Shown here: positions 44,514 through 58,090 of the stretch, piece after piece
Position numbering within the stretch: position 1 is the first letter of the stretch
How the letters are laid out: each line of letters starts with the position of its first letter
NCBI GenBank assembly: GCA_964016885.1
Contig: OZ024740.1
Coordinates: 196,168,001 to 196,232,000, forward strand
Direction of reading: 5' to 3'
Origin: Eledone cirrhosa
Taxonomy: Eukaryota
Length of the DNA: 64,000 nt
The notes under the pieces: generated by a model
Seen by the model: only the letters and a program-made list of their open reading frames with translations
Database searches by the model: none
Told to the model about the DNA's origin: nothing
Translations under genes and position numbers: made by a program

Positions 44514-47500
44514 CCTTAGACCATAGGTCTGCTCTATTAGAGCTGAACTGGGGGTAAACAACAACAGCTGTCCCTGTTGGTGTTATTATTGTTGATGTGG
44601 TTTCGAGTATAAAGCATATAGTCACTATTGCAACATAACAAGTATTTCAGACATCTGCCTTTCACCAACACTCCCCACCACCTCCAGGTTCCACTGTTTG
44701 GTTTAAATCTAACATGGGACAATAATTTTCAATAGTCCCTAATAATGGGGTTAGTAGAAAACGTGTTCTTTATAATCAAACAATATTTAGCAGTATCGGT
44801 AGAGGGTCGGGCGCCATGCTTTGCAGCAAAGAGTTACGGCCCTTTATGGTCTGAGTTCAAATCAAGCCGAGGTTAATTTTGCCTTTCATCCTTACGAGGT
44901 CGATAAAATAAAGTACCAGTAATGCACTGTTATTATTGTCGGCCTTGTGCCAAAAGTAGAAATAATTATTCCTTGGAGCTCACCAATGGGCTTGATCTCA
45001 GGAGTTGATGACTTGTACCTGTATTTTTTAAAATGTATATAATTATATAAACCATGTACTGGGCTGTTATACGCTGAAGTTAGATATTATGAGGCCGAAA
45101 CAAAGTTTTTAAATCGATGTTTACTAAAATTATTACACCTATAGCTAAATGTATTTAAGGGAGATAACTGTCAACGTAGAAAAAGTAAGGGAGACAACTG
45201 TGTGAATCTAATACTGTGTGTATATCGCTTATAAAAAGATTTCACAATTCTAGTAAACGCCTCGACCTATGTATATTACATATATGTGGTTTTCTGTTCA
45301 CTAATAGTACTGCACACATAGTAAAGTACTTTGAATACGAATAGTAGTAGAATAAATATGTATTGTTTCTATCGTTAAAGCTGACTAATATTTTATTGTA
45401 GCTGTTACCTTAAGACTCGGCAGTTATCAGATAACATTTCAAATAAAACTTTCTCCATTGAAACGCCGCCTGGCACCAACCAGGTCGGTGCAAACTTAAG
45501 TAATAATTACAATGGGACATAAGTCAATACCATCAATAAAATACACACGCACATATAGCCGCCACCACCACTATTATCATCATTGTCGTCGTTGTCGTTT
45601 TAACGTTTACTTTTTCCAAGTTTACATGGGTTGGAAAAGTCATCATGTTTACGTCCGTTTTTCTACGTGGGTATACTTTTACGAACGGATGATATTCCTG
45701 ACACCAGTATTCAGTCTATTTTTTGTTTAACAAATATCAATTTCTTCCATTGGTAGACAAGCACAAATTTATAGTGAGAGGGTGGGGAAGTATACTCGAT
45801 TGATTGAAATCAATATATGACTGGCGCTAATTTTATTGATTGTGAAATAGACAGTGAAACCCATTGGAATCCTGGTGATTTAGTCTGGCATACTAATATC
45901 TCAGTCTCCTCCAACCTCTATGCTTTATATCATTATGTAACATCTTCTATTGTACAGATTTACAATTAAGAGACATAGATGAAGGAATGAATCCCTATAT
46001 ATGTACATATGTTGTTAATCCCAGAAAAATTGAAAAGTAAGATTTAAACTCAGAATGTAGGGGGGAACTGTCATCCAGTTTAATATCCCTATCTAGTCCA
46101 TGGGTGCCCTTACTAGGGTTCATTGTGTTGCAAGTATTTGAAGGGAGTCCTGGAGAGGTATAGATACTTCTCTTACCCCTCTGAGTAACTTATAAAATAA
46201 AATGAGGAAAAATTGCAGTACTGTTTCTGTCACTTCACCATTGAAGGAATTTGGCTGTTATTTCTAGCAGCCAATTTTCTTCCAGATCATACCCTGCCAC
46301 TTTCAATAATGTAGTTCTACATACAGCTAAAAAGGTGGGGGTGATTATGGATGGAATGCTTTTGATTATAATCAATTACGGTTGACCCAGGGCTAAACAA
46401 GCAACTGATGACCATCCCATATTTCACATATGTGCAAGATGACCAAGCCCACATTAGCCAATGTATCCTTTTTGAAGATGGTAGGGTGTGGTTTGAAGGA
46501 GATTTGACTGCTATTTCTAACAGATTAAGTGATGATGTAGAAGCTCCCAAAGTGTTTTGGAAGGCAACTAGTAGGTGAGACACAGTAATGGTGAGAAGTG
46601 AGCTGAGATGTATTGGGGTGGGGCATTTTTATCCCATAACTCCTGATGGAGTCATATGGGAGCCACAGAGACATACGTTTCATAAACATTTTAAGCCTCA
46701 CTGAGCCCATCCCTCTCGAGGCCAAAATACAGTAGATTTCTGCCAGAAAAGGATAGAAAGTAAGAGAGAGGAAACAAGAAAGAGATATAGAAGAATCGAC
46801 CCCCAGTACTAGACTGGGACATTTTTATCAACCTCAAAAGGATGAAATGCAAAGTTGACCTCAGCGGGATTAGAACTGAGAGAACAGAGAGTCGGAACAG
46901 CCTTTGTAATAGCAAGGGAAAAGGTAAAGAGAAGAAGTAGCACATCTGTGTGCTAATGGTTGAAGTATGTTGTTGAGTCACATGTTGAGTGTGAATCAGT
47001 GACAGTAAACATGTAGAACATTCATCATACTTCAAATAATTAATGAAGAATATAGCAAGCAGACAGCAATAAGATGATTATTAAAAAAAAAACTATGACT
47101 GTCACTCACAATTGAAGATGAGTTGGTATTAACAAGTAACTGTTAAGGGTTTTAGGTGCCCATGTAGTCACAAACAGACACAGACAACCCATTGTCCCTT
47201 CTACCAATGAGCCTGCAGAACAGCTAGAATGTGACAGCTGGAGGGAGAGGGGGTAGCATCAACATTAGGTTCATATTTTATTCATTGATCTGGAAAAGAT
47301 GTAAGTTGACGTGATTGTGAAGCAAAATTGCCCAGACAAAACACACAGAAATGCTCAAACTAATTATACACTATAAAATACATAATAGGTTTATATATAA
47401 ATGTATGTACAACTTTGTTATATTTGGGGAGGATCATGTTGTTATAATATTGCCAGAAATATATAATAAAACACTCTCACTGTTTGGTTTGGATTGGTTT

Positions 47501-47601
47501 TTGCTTCAGTATATTTTATATTTCTATAATGAATTCAGCTGGTAATCAATGTTTATCATTGACTGACCAAAAGTTAAAAATATAGATATAAATATAGTCT
47601 C

Positions 47602-47641
47602 TCAGAGTTCTTTCGTCATACACCTGTGACATCATCAGTGA
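47602..47641 (-). ncRNA. Minimal type I hammerhead ribozyme in a degraded PLE remnant
   Basis: tca-CTGATGA-t-gtca(caggtgta)tgac-GAAA-G(AA)C-TC-tga. Upstream on the minus strand is a degraded GIY-YIG-like RIMITKSMYIS... Confidence 0.6.
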
Positions 47642-49149
47642 TATTATTATGTTTCCTCCCGTTCACATGTTTATCTATAATAAACATGTATTTAGTTTTG
47701 CTGTATCTTAAGCTATGATCATATCACAGCTACCTCAATATTGGGTTAGGAGTGATATATACATTGACTTAGTAATCATTATTCTTGTTAAAAGTTTATT
47801 TACATAAAGTTCAAGTTTGGCTAATATTAATTAGTAATAACATTAACACAGCTTGATTCACAATAATATTGTATAAACAATATTTTTATGTATAACAAAC
47901 ATTTATTTGGTTTTCCTATAAGGTTTATTTTGGGAGTACTTTTTTACATCATAAAATATACATTTTTTTAGAATTTATCATTTTTTTAGCAAGTATATTA
48001 GAAATAAATGTTTAGAAGACTGCGGTTGTTTTAACCACTTTGTTATCATATTTCTATAGTACCTATAATTTTTTTTATGTAATTACGAATTTGAAAGAAT
48101 TTAATAATATAACTTTCTCATTAGTTGCAGTTTGGAAAATAACTTAACAAAAAGTTTTACATAAGGTTTTTAGATAAATCTTGAAAATGAACAGTTTTGT
48201 ATTATAGAACCAGGAGAAGGGGTTTAGGCAATTTCAGGAAGTTTGGTATCAAAAGGATTAAGGTAAAAAATGCTTCAGAAGAAACAGCCAATTGACAAAA
48301 TTCCCCGAAATGTTTCATAAACAGCACTTATATTTAATAATTGTCAATACTGTCTCTCTGTCTGTCTTTCCCTCTCTCTTCTGTTCAATTGTTCTTTCTT
48401 TCTATCTTTCTCCCCCCTCGTTTCTGTTCATTTTCTTTTCTTTCTGTCATTTTATTTCTGCTTTCTCTGTTCTAGTTTCTTCAAACCCATTTAGTATCAA
48501 CATTCAGAAAAAAAGACTGCTTCTTTGGAGGCATAAACAGATTGTATGAAGCTGTGGAGTAGAATAAATTTAGAATTTAAAAGTGATTGTTAAACTAAAA
48601 AAAAAAGTTAAGAAGACTTAGACAATATATTTCACAAAGTTTTTGTGTGTGTGTGCGCATGTGCATGCATGTGCTGGTGTGTATGTGTGTGTGTGCATAT
48701 GCTCATGTATGTAAGTGTGTGTGTGTGTGCATTTAAAGCTACTTTTCAGCCTAGGCTACTACTATGCAATATGATCAAGTAAAGATTAAAGTGAAAACAT
48801 ATCAAAATATCATCTAGACATGGAATAAATGACATATTTAATTCCTCTCTGGTCTTGAATAATTGCCCCCCCCCCCCCCCAGGTCTTTTTTTTTTATTTT
48901 TCAGATTTGGAACCTGAGAGTAGAAGTATTTACAAGTTGATAATAATTGTTTCTACTTTTAGCACAAGGCCAGCAATTACCCAGTACATTACTGGTACTT
49001 TATTTTATCGACCCCGTAAGGATGAAAGGCAAAGTTAACCTCGGCGGGATTTGAACTCAGAATGGCAAGGGCAGTAACTCTATGCGTCAAAGCATGGCAT
49101 CCAACTCGCTACCGATACTGCCAATTCACCGCCCTCAAGTTGATAATAA

Positions 49150-49855
49150 TAATGATAATAATGAAAATATTGTGTACAGTGCTCAGGTGCACTACAACTC
49201 ATCAAAAGTGTATGTATAGTACATAGGGTAATGTACAAACGTCAGGAAAATGAACAGTGCATGAGTCATGATATACACATGTGTGCATGTGTATGGAAGG
49301 GGGACATCAGGTGTAGTTTTGGCAAATTTCGGGAAGCATGAGGGTTTTAAAGGATGCAGTGTCTCAGCAGCTAACAACTGACGCAGGCAGTTTGTTCCAT
49401 GCTTCAGCAACTCTAAGCGTGAAAAAATGTTTCCGAAAGTCATGGGAGCTGTGCTGTTTTCTGACTTTGTAGGCATGTCCATGTGTGTTAGACACATGGA
49501 GATCAAAAAGGTGCTCAGGGTTGTTGTTGGCGAGATGGTTAATAACTTTGTGGGTGTTTACCAAGTCCATTGCCAGACGTCGGAGCTTCAATGAATCCAT
49601 GCCCAGGGAAGCATGGCATTCAGAGTATGGTAGATGTCTGATGCAGGGTATGCGCTTGGTTGCACGTCTCTGAACAGTTTCCAGGAGGTCAATGTTCTGA
49701 GCAAGATAGGGGTTCCAGACTGATGATGCGAATTCCAAGTGTGGTCGTACCATAGCTGTATACAGTTTTAAATAGATGGCTGAAGAGCGGCTAACGAAGG
49801 TCTTGCTGAGTGATGCCAAGACACTCTTGGCCTTCTTGACAATTTTAGAGATCTT
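49150..49855 (-). mobile_element. CR1 family A, 5'-truncated
   Basis: LYTAMVRPHLEFASSVWNPY...ETVQRRATK...WNKLP. Confidence 0.9.
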
Positions 49856-50059
49856 TAGAGTGACATGCAATCAGGTGGTATTCAAAGCTCTTAGCAATCT
49901 AAGCCAGCTGTTCAGGTTTCATTTCTAGTTCTAGTTATTTTACTTACACCACTAACCATCTATGGAAAAGGTACAAACACCACAAATCCTATACTTGTAA
50001 TGCTCTGACGTCAATGGAGTTCATCTCCTATTGATGGATATTTTTAGTTTACAAAATTA

Positions 50060-50260
50060 CTTTAAAACCCCCATGCTTCCTGAGATTCGCCAACACTACA
50101 CCTAATGTTCCCCCTCCACACACATACACACATGTATATCATGACTCATACACTATTAACTTCCCTGACATTGTATATTATTCTATGTACTATACATGCA
50201 CCTTTGACGAGTTGTAGTGCACCTGAGCACTGTACAGAATAATTTCATTATTTCATTATC
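50060..50260 (+). mobile_element. CR1 family A 3' fragment (plus orientation)
   Basis: Reverse complement of the 3' ends at 49150 and 51300. Confidence 0.8.
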
Positions 50261-50333
50261 GTTATTATTTAGTGCATTAGTACTTGGATTAAAAAAGTAC
50301 CAAAATTGTACTACAATATATATAAATATATAC

Positions 50334-50364
<31 letters not shown>

Positions 50365-51296
50365 AATATATATATAGTTTTTACATTGGAAAGTTGTTAC
50401 TAAGTTTATATAGCTACACACACATATATATATAATTTAGTAACAACTTTCCAGTGTAAAAACTACCAGTCTGGGAGAGAGAGGATATCTTGAAGCTGAT
50501 CATTAAAAAAAGTACCAAGATTGAAGATATAATATATTGTAAAAGATATACCAACTATAAACAAATATTTTGTACATTGAGTACATGTTACAAAAACATT
50601 CAACATCAGAAACTCCTAGTTGATTTACAGCTTCCTTGGCTTCCCATTTTTTCTTTATCTGTTTTATGTTTATTTTGCCTCCCGTTGGTCTTCCATATCT
50701 AATTTCTTTGTTATATATATTTTTATTTTTTTATTTGAAATTTTTTTTTTTTTTTTACTTATCTCTATCCATCTTGGTTCTCAACTGTAAGAAGTACAAG
50801 ATACTTCCCCTAGTCTGTCATGGCTTACTAGATTTATACGAATGTTTAAATTGATTAGATAGTTAAATATATAATAAATATCTATATTTTATGTACATTG
50901 TTCATAAATATTTCTTCTTTATAATGTTATTAGTCTTAGTATAGCCAACAGTATGGAGAGCCAAATTCACAATGCTGTCTGTCTGTTTTCCTATTTGAAA
51001 ACATCCGTTTTCATAAGCACAAAAGACTAAATAAATAATTACATCATTATGTTAGGCATTTCTTAACAATTGAATAAATAATTTTTTTTTTTTTCCACTG
51101 TTTTCCCTTTTCCTTTACTATTATAAATCTGTCATATTATATCTATGCTAGAAATCAATATTAGACTAAGTAAAATAGAGCAATAAGTAAACACCTGACA
51201 AGCTGAGTTCACGAGCTGGCTTTAGTGCCTAGTTGAAAGCTTTACAACTTTGTTTTAAAATGTTAATATCTATAGGAAAAACATGAATAACACACA

Positions 51297-52945
51297 ATAA
51301 TAATAATGAAATTATTGTGTAAAGTGCTCAGGTGCACTACAACTCGTCAAAGGTGCATGTATAGTACATATAATAATATACAAATGTCAGGGAAGTGAAT
51401 AGTGTATGAGTCATGATATACATGTGTGTATGTGTGTGGAGGGGGAACATTAGGTGTAGTGTTGGCGAATCTCGAGAAGCATGGAGGTTTTAAAGGATGC
51501 AGAGTCTCGACAGCTAACAACTGATGCAGGTAGTTTGTTCCATGCTTCAGCAACTCTGAGCGTGAAAAAATGTGTCCGAGTGTGAAAAAATGTCTCCGAA
51601 AGTCATGGGAACTGTGCTGTTTTCTGACTTTGTGGACATGTCCATGTGTGTTTAGACACATGGAAATCAAAAAGGTACTCAGGGTTGTTGGCAAGATGGT
51701 TAACAATTTTGTGGGTCTTTACCAAGTCAGTTGCCAGACGTCGGAGCTTCAATGTATCCATGCCCAGGGAAGCAAGGCGTTCAGAGTATGGTAGATGCCT
51801 GATGGAGGGTATTCGCTTGGTTGCATGTCTCTGAACAGTTTCCAGGCGGTCAATGTTCTGAGCAAGATAGGGGCTCCAGACTGGTGATAAAAATTCTAAG
51901 TGTGGCCGCGCCATAGTCATGTACAGCCTTAAATAGATAGCTGAAGAGCGGCTGACAAAGGGCTTGCTGAGTGATGCTAAGACACCCTCAGCCCTCTTGA
52001 CAATCTTAGAGACGTGCATTGTCCAACGCAAATCGCTGCTGACTGTAATGCCCAAGTCACGTTCACAAGAAGACTTCTTGATATTAGTGCTGTGGAGGGA
52101 GTATGTGGACGCTGGGTTTTTACTCCCAAAATGCATGGTGGTGCATTTGTCCACAGCTAGCTTGAGTTGCCAGTCTGAGATTCATTGTTGCATTGTGCCC
52201 AGGTCAGACTGCAAGCAAAATCTATAGTATTCAGGATCTGTCCATTTTATCTCAAGGTACAGCTTGATGTCATCTGCGTACTTTAGTACTGTGGCATTCT
52301 TTAAGTTGGCATCTATGTCATTAATATATGCCACAAACAAAAGGGGGGCAAGAACAGATCCCTGTGATACACCAGATGACATCTCATATGGTGAAGAATG
52401 CTGTCCTAGAACCGTGACTACCTCTCTTCGACTGAGAATGAAGGACTTCAACCAGTTAAAAAGATCATCCCTCACACCCATTGCAGAGAGTTTTGCCATA
52501 AGCCTTTTGTGTGGCACATAATTGAAAGCTTTTGCAAAGTCAAGGTAAACAACATCCACCCATGAGCTGCCATCAGTGATCCGGGTGATGTCTTCAAAAA
52601 ACTTGATAAGTTGATCACAGCAGCTGGAGTTGGGGATAAATCTAAATTGCGAGGGCCGGATAAGACTGTGAGAGCTCCAGAAGTTCCAAAGTGTTTCTCT
52701 GACACAGGATTCCATCAGTTTGGCAATGCAACTAGTAAGACTGACTGGACGATAGTTCACAGGTGATGTGCGGTCACCCTTTTTGAACAGAGGAATGACA
52801 CTGGCAGTTTTCCACTGTTCTAGAGTAGCACCGTTGTTCAGACAGAATTGGAAGAAGCGTGATAGATGGTGCAGAAGGAAGTACCCACCACATTTGAGAA
52901 GCAGGTATGTAACACCATCAAGACCAGGAGAGGCATGGTTGCGTT
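51297..52945 (-). mobile_element. CR1 family A RT, 5'-truncated
   Basis: NYRPVSLTS, YLDFAKAF, SGVSQGSVLAPLLF, YADD, ERDLGI. Confidence 0.92.
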
Positions 52946-52954
52946 TATTTTTCT

Positions 52955-53137
52955 GTCCATGCTTACAAAATCAGAAAACAGTACAGCTCCCATGACTTTC
53001 AGAAACATTTTTTCATGCTCAGAGTTGCTGAAGCATGAAATAAACTACCTGCATCAGTTGTTAGCTGTTGAGACACTGTCTCCTTCAAATCTTCCATGCT
53101 TCCCAAAATTCGCCAACACTACACCAGTTATTTCCCC

Positions 53138-53180
<43 letters not shown>

Positions 53181-53240
53181 GTGTGTGTGTGTGTCATGAC
53201 TCTTACAATGTTCACTTTTCTGACTTTTGTACATTATTAT
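52955..53240 (+). mobile_element. CR1 family A 3' fragment, inverted relative to the adjacent copy
   Basis: cagaaaacagtacagctcccatgactt...gtacattatt. Confidence 0.8.
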
Positions 53241-54300
53241 TGGATTGGCAGTATTGGTAGAGGGTCGGACGCCATGCTTTGCAGCACAGTTACGTCCCTT
53301 TATGGACTGAGTTCAAATCCTGCCGAGGTTAACTTTGCCTTTCATCCTTACGGGGTCGATAAAATAAAGTACCAGTAATACACTGGGATAATTGCTGGCC
53401 TTGTGCCAAAATTAGAAACAATTATTATTATAAATGTGAGGTTGTGAGTTTCCATGTAAAATCAGTAATTGACTGTGTGGATTGGTAGGATTGGTAGAGC
53501 ATCAGACACCATGTTTCACAGCATAGAGTTATAGCTCTTTACATTCTGATTTCAAATCCCACCTAGGTTAGCTTTGCTTTTCATCCTCATGAGATTAATA
53601 AAATAAAGTACCAGTAATGCACTGGGGACAATTTAATCAACTTTCTCCTCTGCCTTGTGCCTAAATCAGAAACCATTATTCTGCTTGTCAAAATGTGTTC
53701 ACATGTTATACTTAACTATGGAACAAAATCAAATATACAATTGAAATCATAATGAAACATGTTTTAGTGTTCTGATTCCAATAACCTTAGCTGTAAAACA
53801 AAAGAAATTCCATAATTGAAATCTTTAACATAATGTTATGAATAGTGGTGGTGGTGGTGGTGGTGGCAATTATGATGATGATGATAATGATGATGTTGAT
53901 GATGATGATGATGAGGACGATGATGATGATTATGTTGCTGCTGCTGATGATGATGATAATGATATATATCTACAAATGATTTATAATTAAAAGTAATTTA
54001 GACGACCTTGTTTGTTAATACACAGCAGGATATCGAAATTCCTGAACAGAAGACACACAACAAAATAATAATAAAATTGTGATGATGTGTGTATTAAATG
54101 AAATAGGTATAGCCCTCAGGTTGATATACAAATAATCGATTTGGCAACATACCTGATTATTCTTGTGAAAAAGAAGAGAATAGCTATAGAGAAAAATCTA
54201 TTCCTGATATCCAATAACTTTACATTTCAATTAATGTGAAGAGAAAAAGAATACTTAGCACACCCACTCAAATAGACAAGTGGGTATTTTAATAGACAAA

Positions 54301-54975
54301 CTACCACCCACTGTCACTACCACCACCACCACTGTCACTACCACTACCACCCACTGCCACCACCTTCACTGCCCCTACCTTCACTGCCACTACCACCCAC
54401 TCTCACCACCTTCACTGCCACTACCACTACCACCACTACCACTACCACCACTGCCATCACCACCACTGCCATTACCACCAATGCCACCACCACCAATGCC
54501 ACTACCACCACTTTCACTGCCACTACCTTCGCTGCCACCACCACCACTACCACTACCTTCACTGCTACCACCCACTTTTACCACCACCACTACCACTACC
54601 TTCACAGCCACCACCACTGCCACCACCACCACCACTACCACTACCTTCACTGCTACCACCCAGTCACCACCACCACTACCACTACCTTCACTGCCACCAC
54701 CATCCCTACCACTACCTTTACTGCCACCACCACCACCACCACTACCACTACCTTCACTGCTACCACCCAGTCACCACCACCACTACCACTACCTTCACTG
54801 CCATCACCACAACCACTGCCACCACCATCCCTACCACTACCTTTACTGCCACCACCACCACCACCACTACCACTACCTTCACTGCTACCACCCAGTCACC
54901 ACCACCACTACCACTACCTTCACTGCCACCACCATCCCTACCACTACCTTTACTGCCACCACCACCACCACCACC
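54301..54975. repeat. (ACC/ACT)n compound low-complexity repeat
   Basis: Recurring accactaccactaccttcactgcc units; a similar tract lies at 62840-62992. Confidence 0.9.
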
Positions 54976-55080
54976 AGTGACTTTCTGATCTCCGAGTTAC
55001 ACACTCTATCAAGTAACGTTACTCCAAAGACCCTTTGGAGGAACCCCATTTCAGCTGCTTGTATTCGCAATCGTATTCTA
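54976..55080 (-). mobile_element. RTE fragment (different family)
   Basis: RIQAAEMGFLQRVFGVTLLDRVCNSEIRKSL. Confidence 0.7.
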
Positions 55081-55569
55081 GGGTAATTAACTAATAATAG
55101 CCTTACTGAGTACATGTAAATGAGTGGTGTACTAGCTTAAGGAAGAGCTATTGTATTATGTAAAACACATACAGGGTGGCGTTGGATAAAAATGCATTCA
55201 GTTATGGCTCCTCATGTTTTGAGTTTAAATCCCAACAAGGTTAACTTTGCCTTTCATCTTTCAAGTACCAATCAAATGCTGGCTTCTGCACAATGTCTAC
55301 TGAATTTTGCTCATTAAGCTTTGGTTACTACAAGGCTGTAGTATGAGGTACTTTCCTAGGTGCTGTATGGTAGGGGGCATTCAGAACCAGATTGTTAGAT
55401 TTGGACTAATTTGTATACATATGCTTGTCTATTGATATGAAGTTATCTGTAACTGTTTGTCTACATGTAGTTATTAGTTATTTGAATATAGCTAGCTTGT
55501 TATTTGTGCTAACTACTTACTTTTAAAAGTTTATTAGATATCTGTGTATTTATGAAAGGGATCATTTAT

Positions 55570-55830
55570 GAAGGCACATGGCCTAGTGATAGGGGTGTGG
55601 GACTTAAAATCATAATGTCATGGATTCGATTCCTGGACTGGGCTGTATTGTATTCTTGAGCAAAACACTTTATTTCACATTGCTCTAGTATACACAGCTG
55701 AAAATGAGTAATAGCTGTAGTTGGAGGTTTAACCCTGCAATGAACTAGCATATCTCAGTCCCTTAACACGACAGAAACCAGGGTAAGACTGGCCTGATGA
55801 GACTCAGGGCTTAAAACAGACTTTAGACTT
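55570..55830 (+). mobile_element. tRNA-derived SINE with non-RTE tail (second copy 60029-60310)
   Basis: tggcctagtg A box, ttcgattcc B box, and ttgagcaaaacactttatttcacattgctc central domain. Confidence 0.65.
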
Positions 55831-55915
55831 TTTAGATTAAATTATGGTCCTTTTATTATTACTTAAAATTATAAAAGTTTATTGCTGATTGGAAAATGTT
55901 TTAACTATCTCTCAC

Positions 55916-56106
55916 CTGGCCCTGGTACATGTGTATCAGCAGATAAATCCAGTCGTTTGGTAGTTGACACAAAAGCTGAACTAGAGATGAACTTCTTTGT
56001 TTTCTTAAAAATATCAACTGGGATGTCATATGTTCCAGGTCCTGGAATTTCTGGCTGGGGTAACTGTTGTTGAGCAGGTGCAGATAAGCACAAATAATGT
56101 TTCTTT
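55916..56106 (-). CDS. STPG1: STPG1/MAPO2-like, internal (penultimate-type) exon C
   Basis: ttttttcAG|A AAG AAA CAT...GGG CCA G|GTgag. 191 nt, phase 2 in (matching exon B) and phase 1 out. Encodes KKHYLCLSAPAQQQLPQPEIPGPGTYDIPVDIFKKTKKFISSSAFVSTTKRLDLSADTHVPGP, which recalls the STPG1 C-terminal region (SA..P..P.PGPG.Y..V...K.FISS..FVS...R). Orthology is from memory of the family, not from a search. Confidence 0.9.
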
Positions 56107-56146
56107 CTGAAAAAAGCAAGCAAAGAAATTTATTATCCTTTCTTAA

Positions 56147-56366
56147 CTCTTTAGTATTTACATTATTCCATATTTAGTATTGTATTTTCACAGTAAAGGC
56201 TTTATCTTACATAATTATCTCCTATAATATCGAATCTACAAGATTTTGATGTTATTTATTTTGAGAACAATACTTTGACATCAGTATGAGTGGCAGTTAC
56301 GGCCCGTTTGAACAGAAAGAGGTGAGAAAGTTCTGGCTGGATACGGCCAGTTTAAAGGCTAAAGAG
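56147..56366. mobile_element. TTAA-type MITE
   Basis: ttaa|ctctttag...ctaaagag|ttat; inverted relative to 57876-58090. Confidence 0.7.
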
Positions 56367-56374
56367 TTATAATA

Positions 56375-57128
56375 ATAATAATAATGAAATATTGTGTAGT
56401 GCTCAGCTGCACTACAACTCCTCAAAAGTGTATGTATAGTACATAGGGTAATGTACAAACGTCAGGAAAATGAACAATGCATGAGTCATGATATACACAT
56501 GTGTGCATGTGTATGGAAGGGGGACATCAGGTGTAGTTTTGGCGTATTTCGGGAAGCATGAGTGTCTTAAAGGATGCAGTGTCTCGGCAGCTAGCAACTG
56601 ACGCAGGCAGTTTGTTCCATGCTTCAGCAACTCTGAGCGTGAAAAAATGTTTACGAAAGTCATGGGAGCTGTGCTGTTTTCCGATTTTGTAGGCATGTCC
56701 ACGTGTGTTAGACACATGGAGATCAAAAAGGTGCTCGGGGTTGTTGTTGGCGAGATGGTTAATAACTTTGTGGGTATTTACCAAGTCCATTGCCAGACGT
56801 CGGAGTTTCAATGAATCCATGCCCAGGGAAGCATGGCGTTCAGAGTATGGTAGGTGTCTGATGGAGGGTATGCGCTTGGTTGCACGTCTCTGAACAGTTT
56901 CCAGGAGGTCAATGTTCTGAGCAAGATAGGGGTTCCAGACTGATGATGCGAATTCCAAGTGTGGTCGTACCATAGCTGTATACAGTTTTAAATAGATGGC
57001 TGGAGAGCGGCTAACAAAGGTCTTGCTGAGTGATGCCAAGACACCCTTGGCCTTCTTGACAATCTTAGAGACATGCTTTGTTCAACGCAAATCGGTGCTG
57101 ACAGTAATGCCCAGGTCACGTTCACAGT
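56375..57128 (-). mobile_element. CR1 family A, 5'-truncated
   Basis: ORF 56527-57039; near-identical to 49150-49855. Confidence 0.9.
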
Positions 57129-57875
57129 TAAACTAGCTTACACAATAACCAAATTTGACTAAATCTATTTCTATTTCTCAATAATGTGAACTTATAAACA
57201 TTGATTTTAACTGAAGAATAAGGCCAAAATTTAGAGACAAAGGACTATTTGATTAAACTGAACCTCAGGAAAGATATAAGACAACGTTGACCTGGGTAAG
57301 ATTCAGAGTGAAATGAGTTACAACTTAATACAACTATTAGTTTACATTACAAACACATCATCATCATTTTTACAGCTACTTTTCTATGCATGTATATGTG
57401 TGTATGAATATATGTACATATATATGTATGTATATTTGTCTATATGTATGTCTGTTATTTGTTTATTCAGCTTACTGCTCTAATCAGGGAAAATTTCTGA
57501 ATTCCACCAGAGTTTCTTTAAAAATACTAGTTATTCAACTGCAAATATTTCAAATCAGCAGGTAGGTACACAGATAAATATTTCAGTTGATGTAACTCAA
57601 CAAAATATTAGAATGAGTCTTCTAAGTGATTAATATTATTCACTCATAATAATTTTCAAGGTTTCTTGGCAATGTTGCAGAAAATATTAAACATATTTTT
57701 TTTTTAAACATTCACAGCAAATCTTGTAAACTGAAAGATGGCTTTGTAAGGCAATTCCTGTTATATGTAAGTTTACACTGAGAAAGAAAAGAAATGTAAT
57801 ACAAAACTATTGAAGTTTTTTTAAAGTCTTTTAACATAAATGTTTCATAGGTTGATCAACACGTGAATTATTTAA

Positions 57876-58090
57876 CCCATTAGCATTTAAACTGGCCATA
57901 TTCGGCCAGAATTCTTTCATCTCTTTCTGTTCAAACCGGCTGTAACCGGCCACTCATACTGATGTTAAAGTATTGTTCTCAAAATAAATAATATCAAAAT
58001 CTCATAGATTTAATATTATGTGAGATAATTATGTGAGATAAAGCCTTTACCATGAAAATATAATAGTAAATATAGATTACTGCTAAAGGG
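57876..58090. mobile_element. TTAA-flanked MITE (piggyBac/Kolobok-type target site)
   Basis: TTAA|cccattagca...tgctaaaggg|TTAA. Confidence 0.75.

Noticed and set aside
54280-55086. 268-aa Pro/Thr/His-rich ORF (extensin- or mucin-like)
   Set aside because: It is a translation of an (ACC)n-type repeat plus an antisense RTE fragment, with no splice or domain support.
55790-55825. ggcCTGATGAgactc possible hammerhead
   Set aside because: No GAAA core; it is part of a SINE tail, and the sister copy at ~60277 reads ctggtgag.
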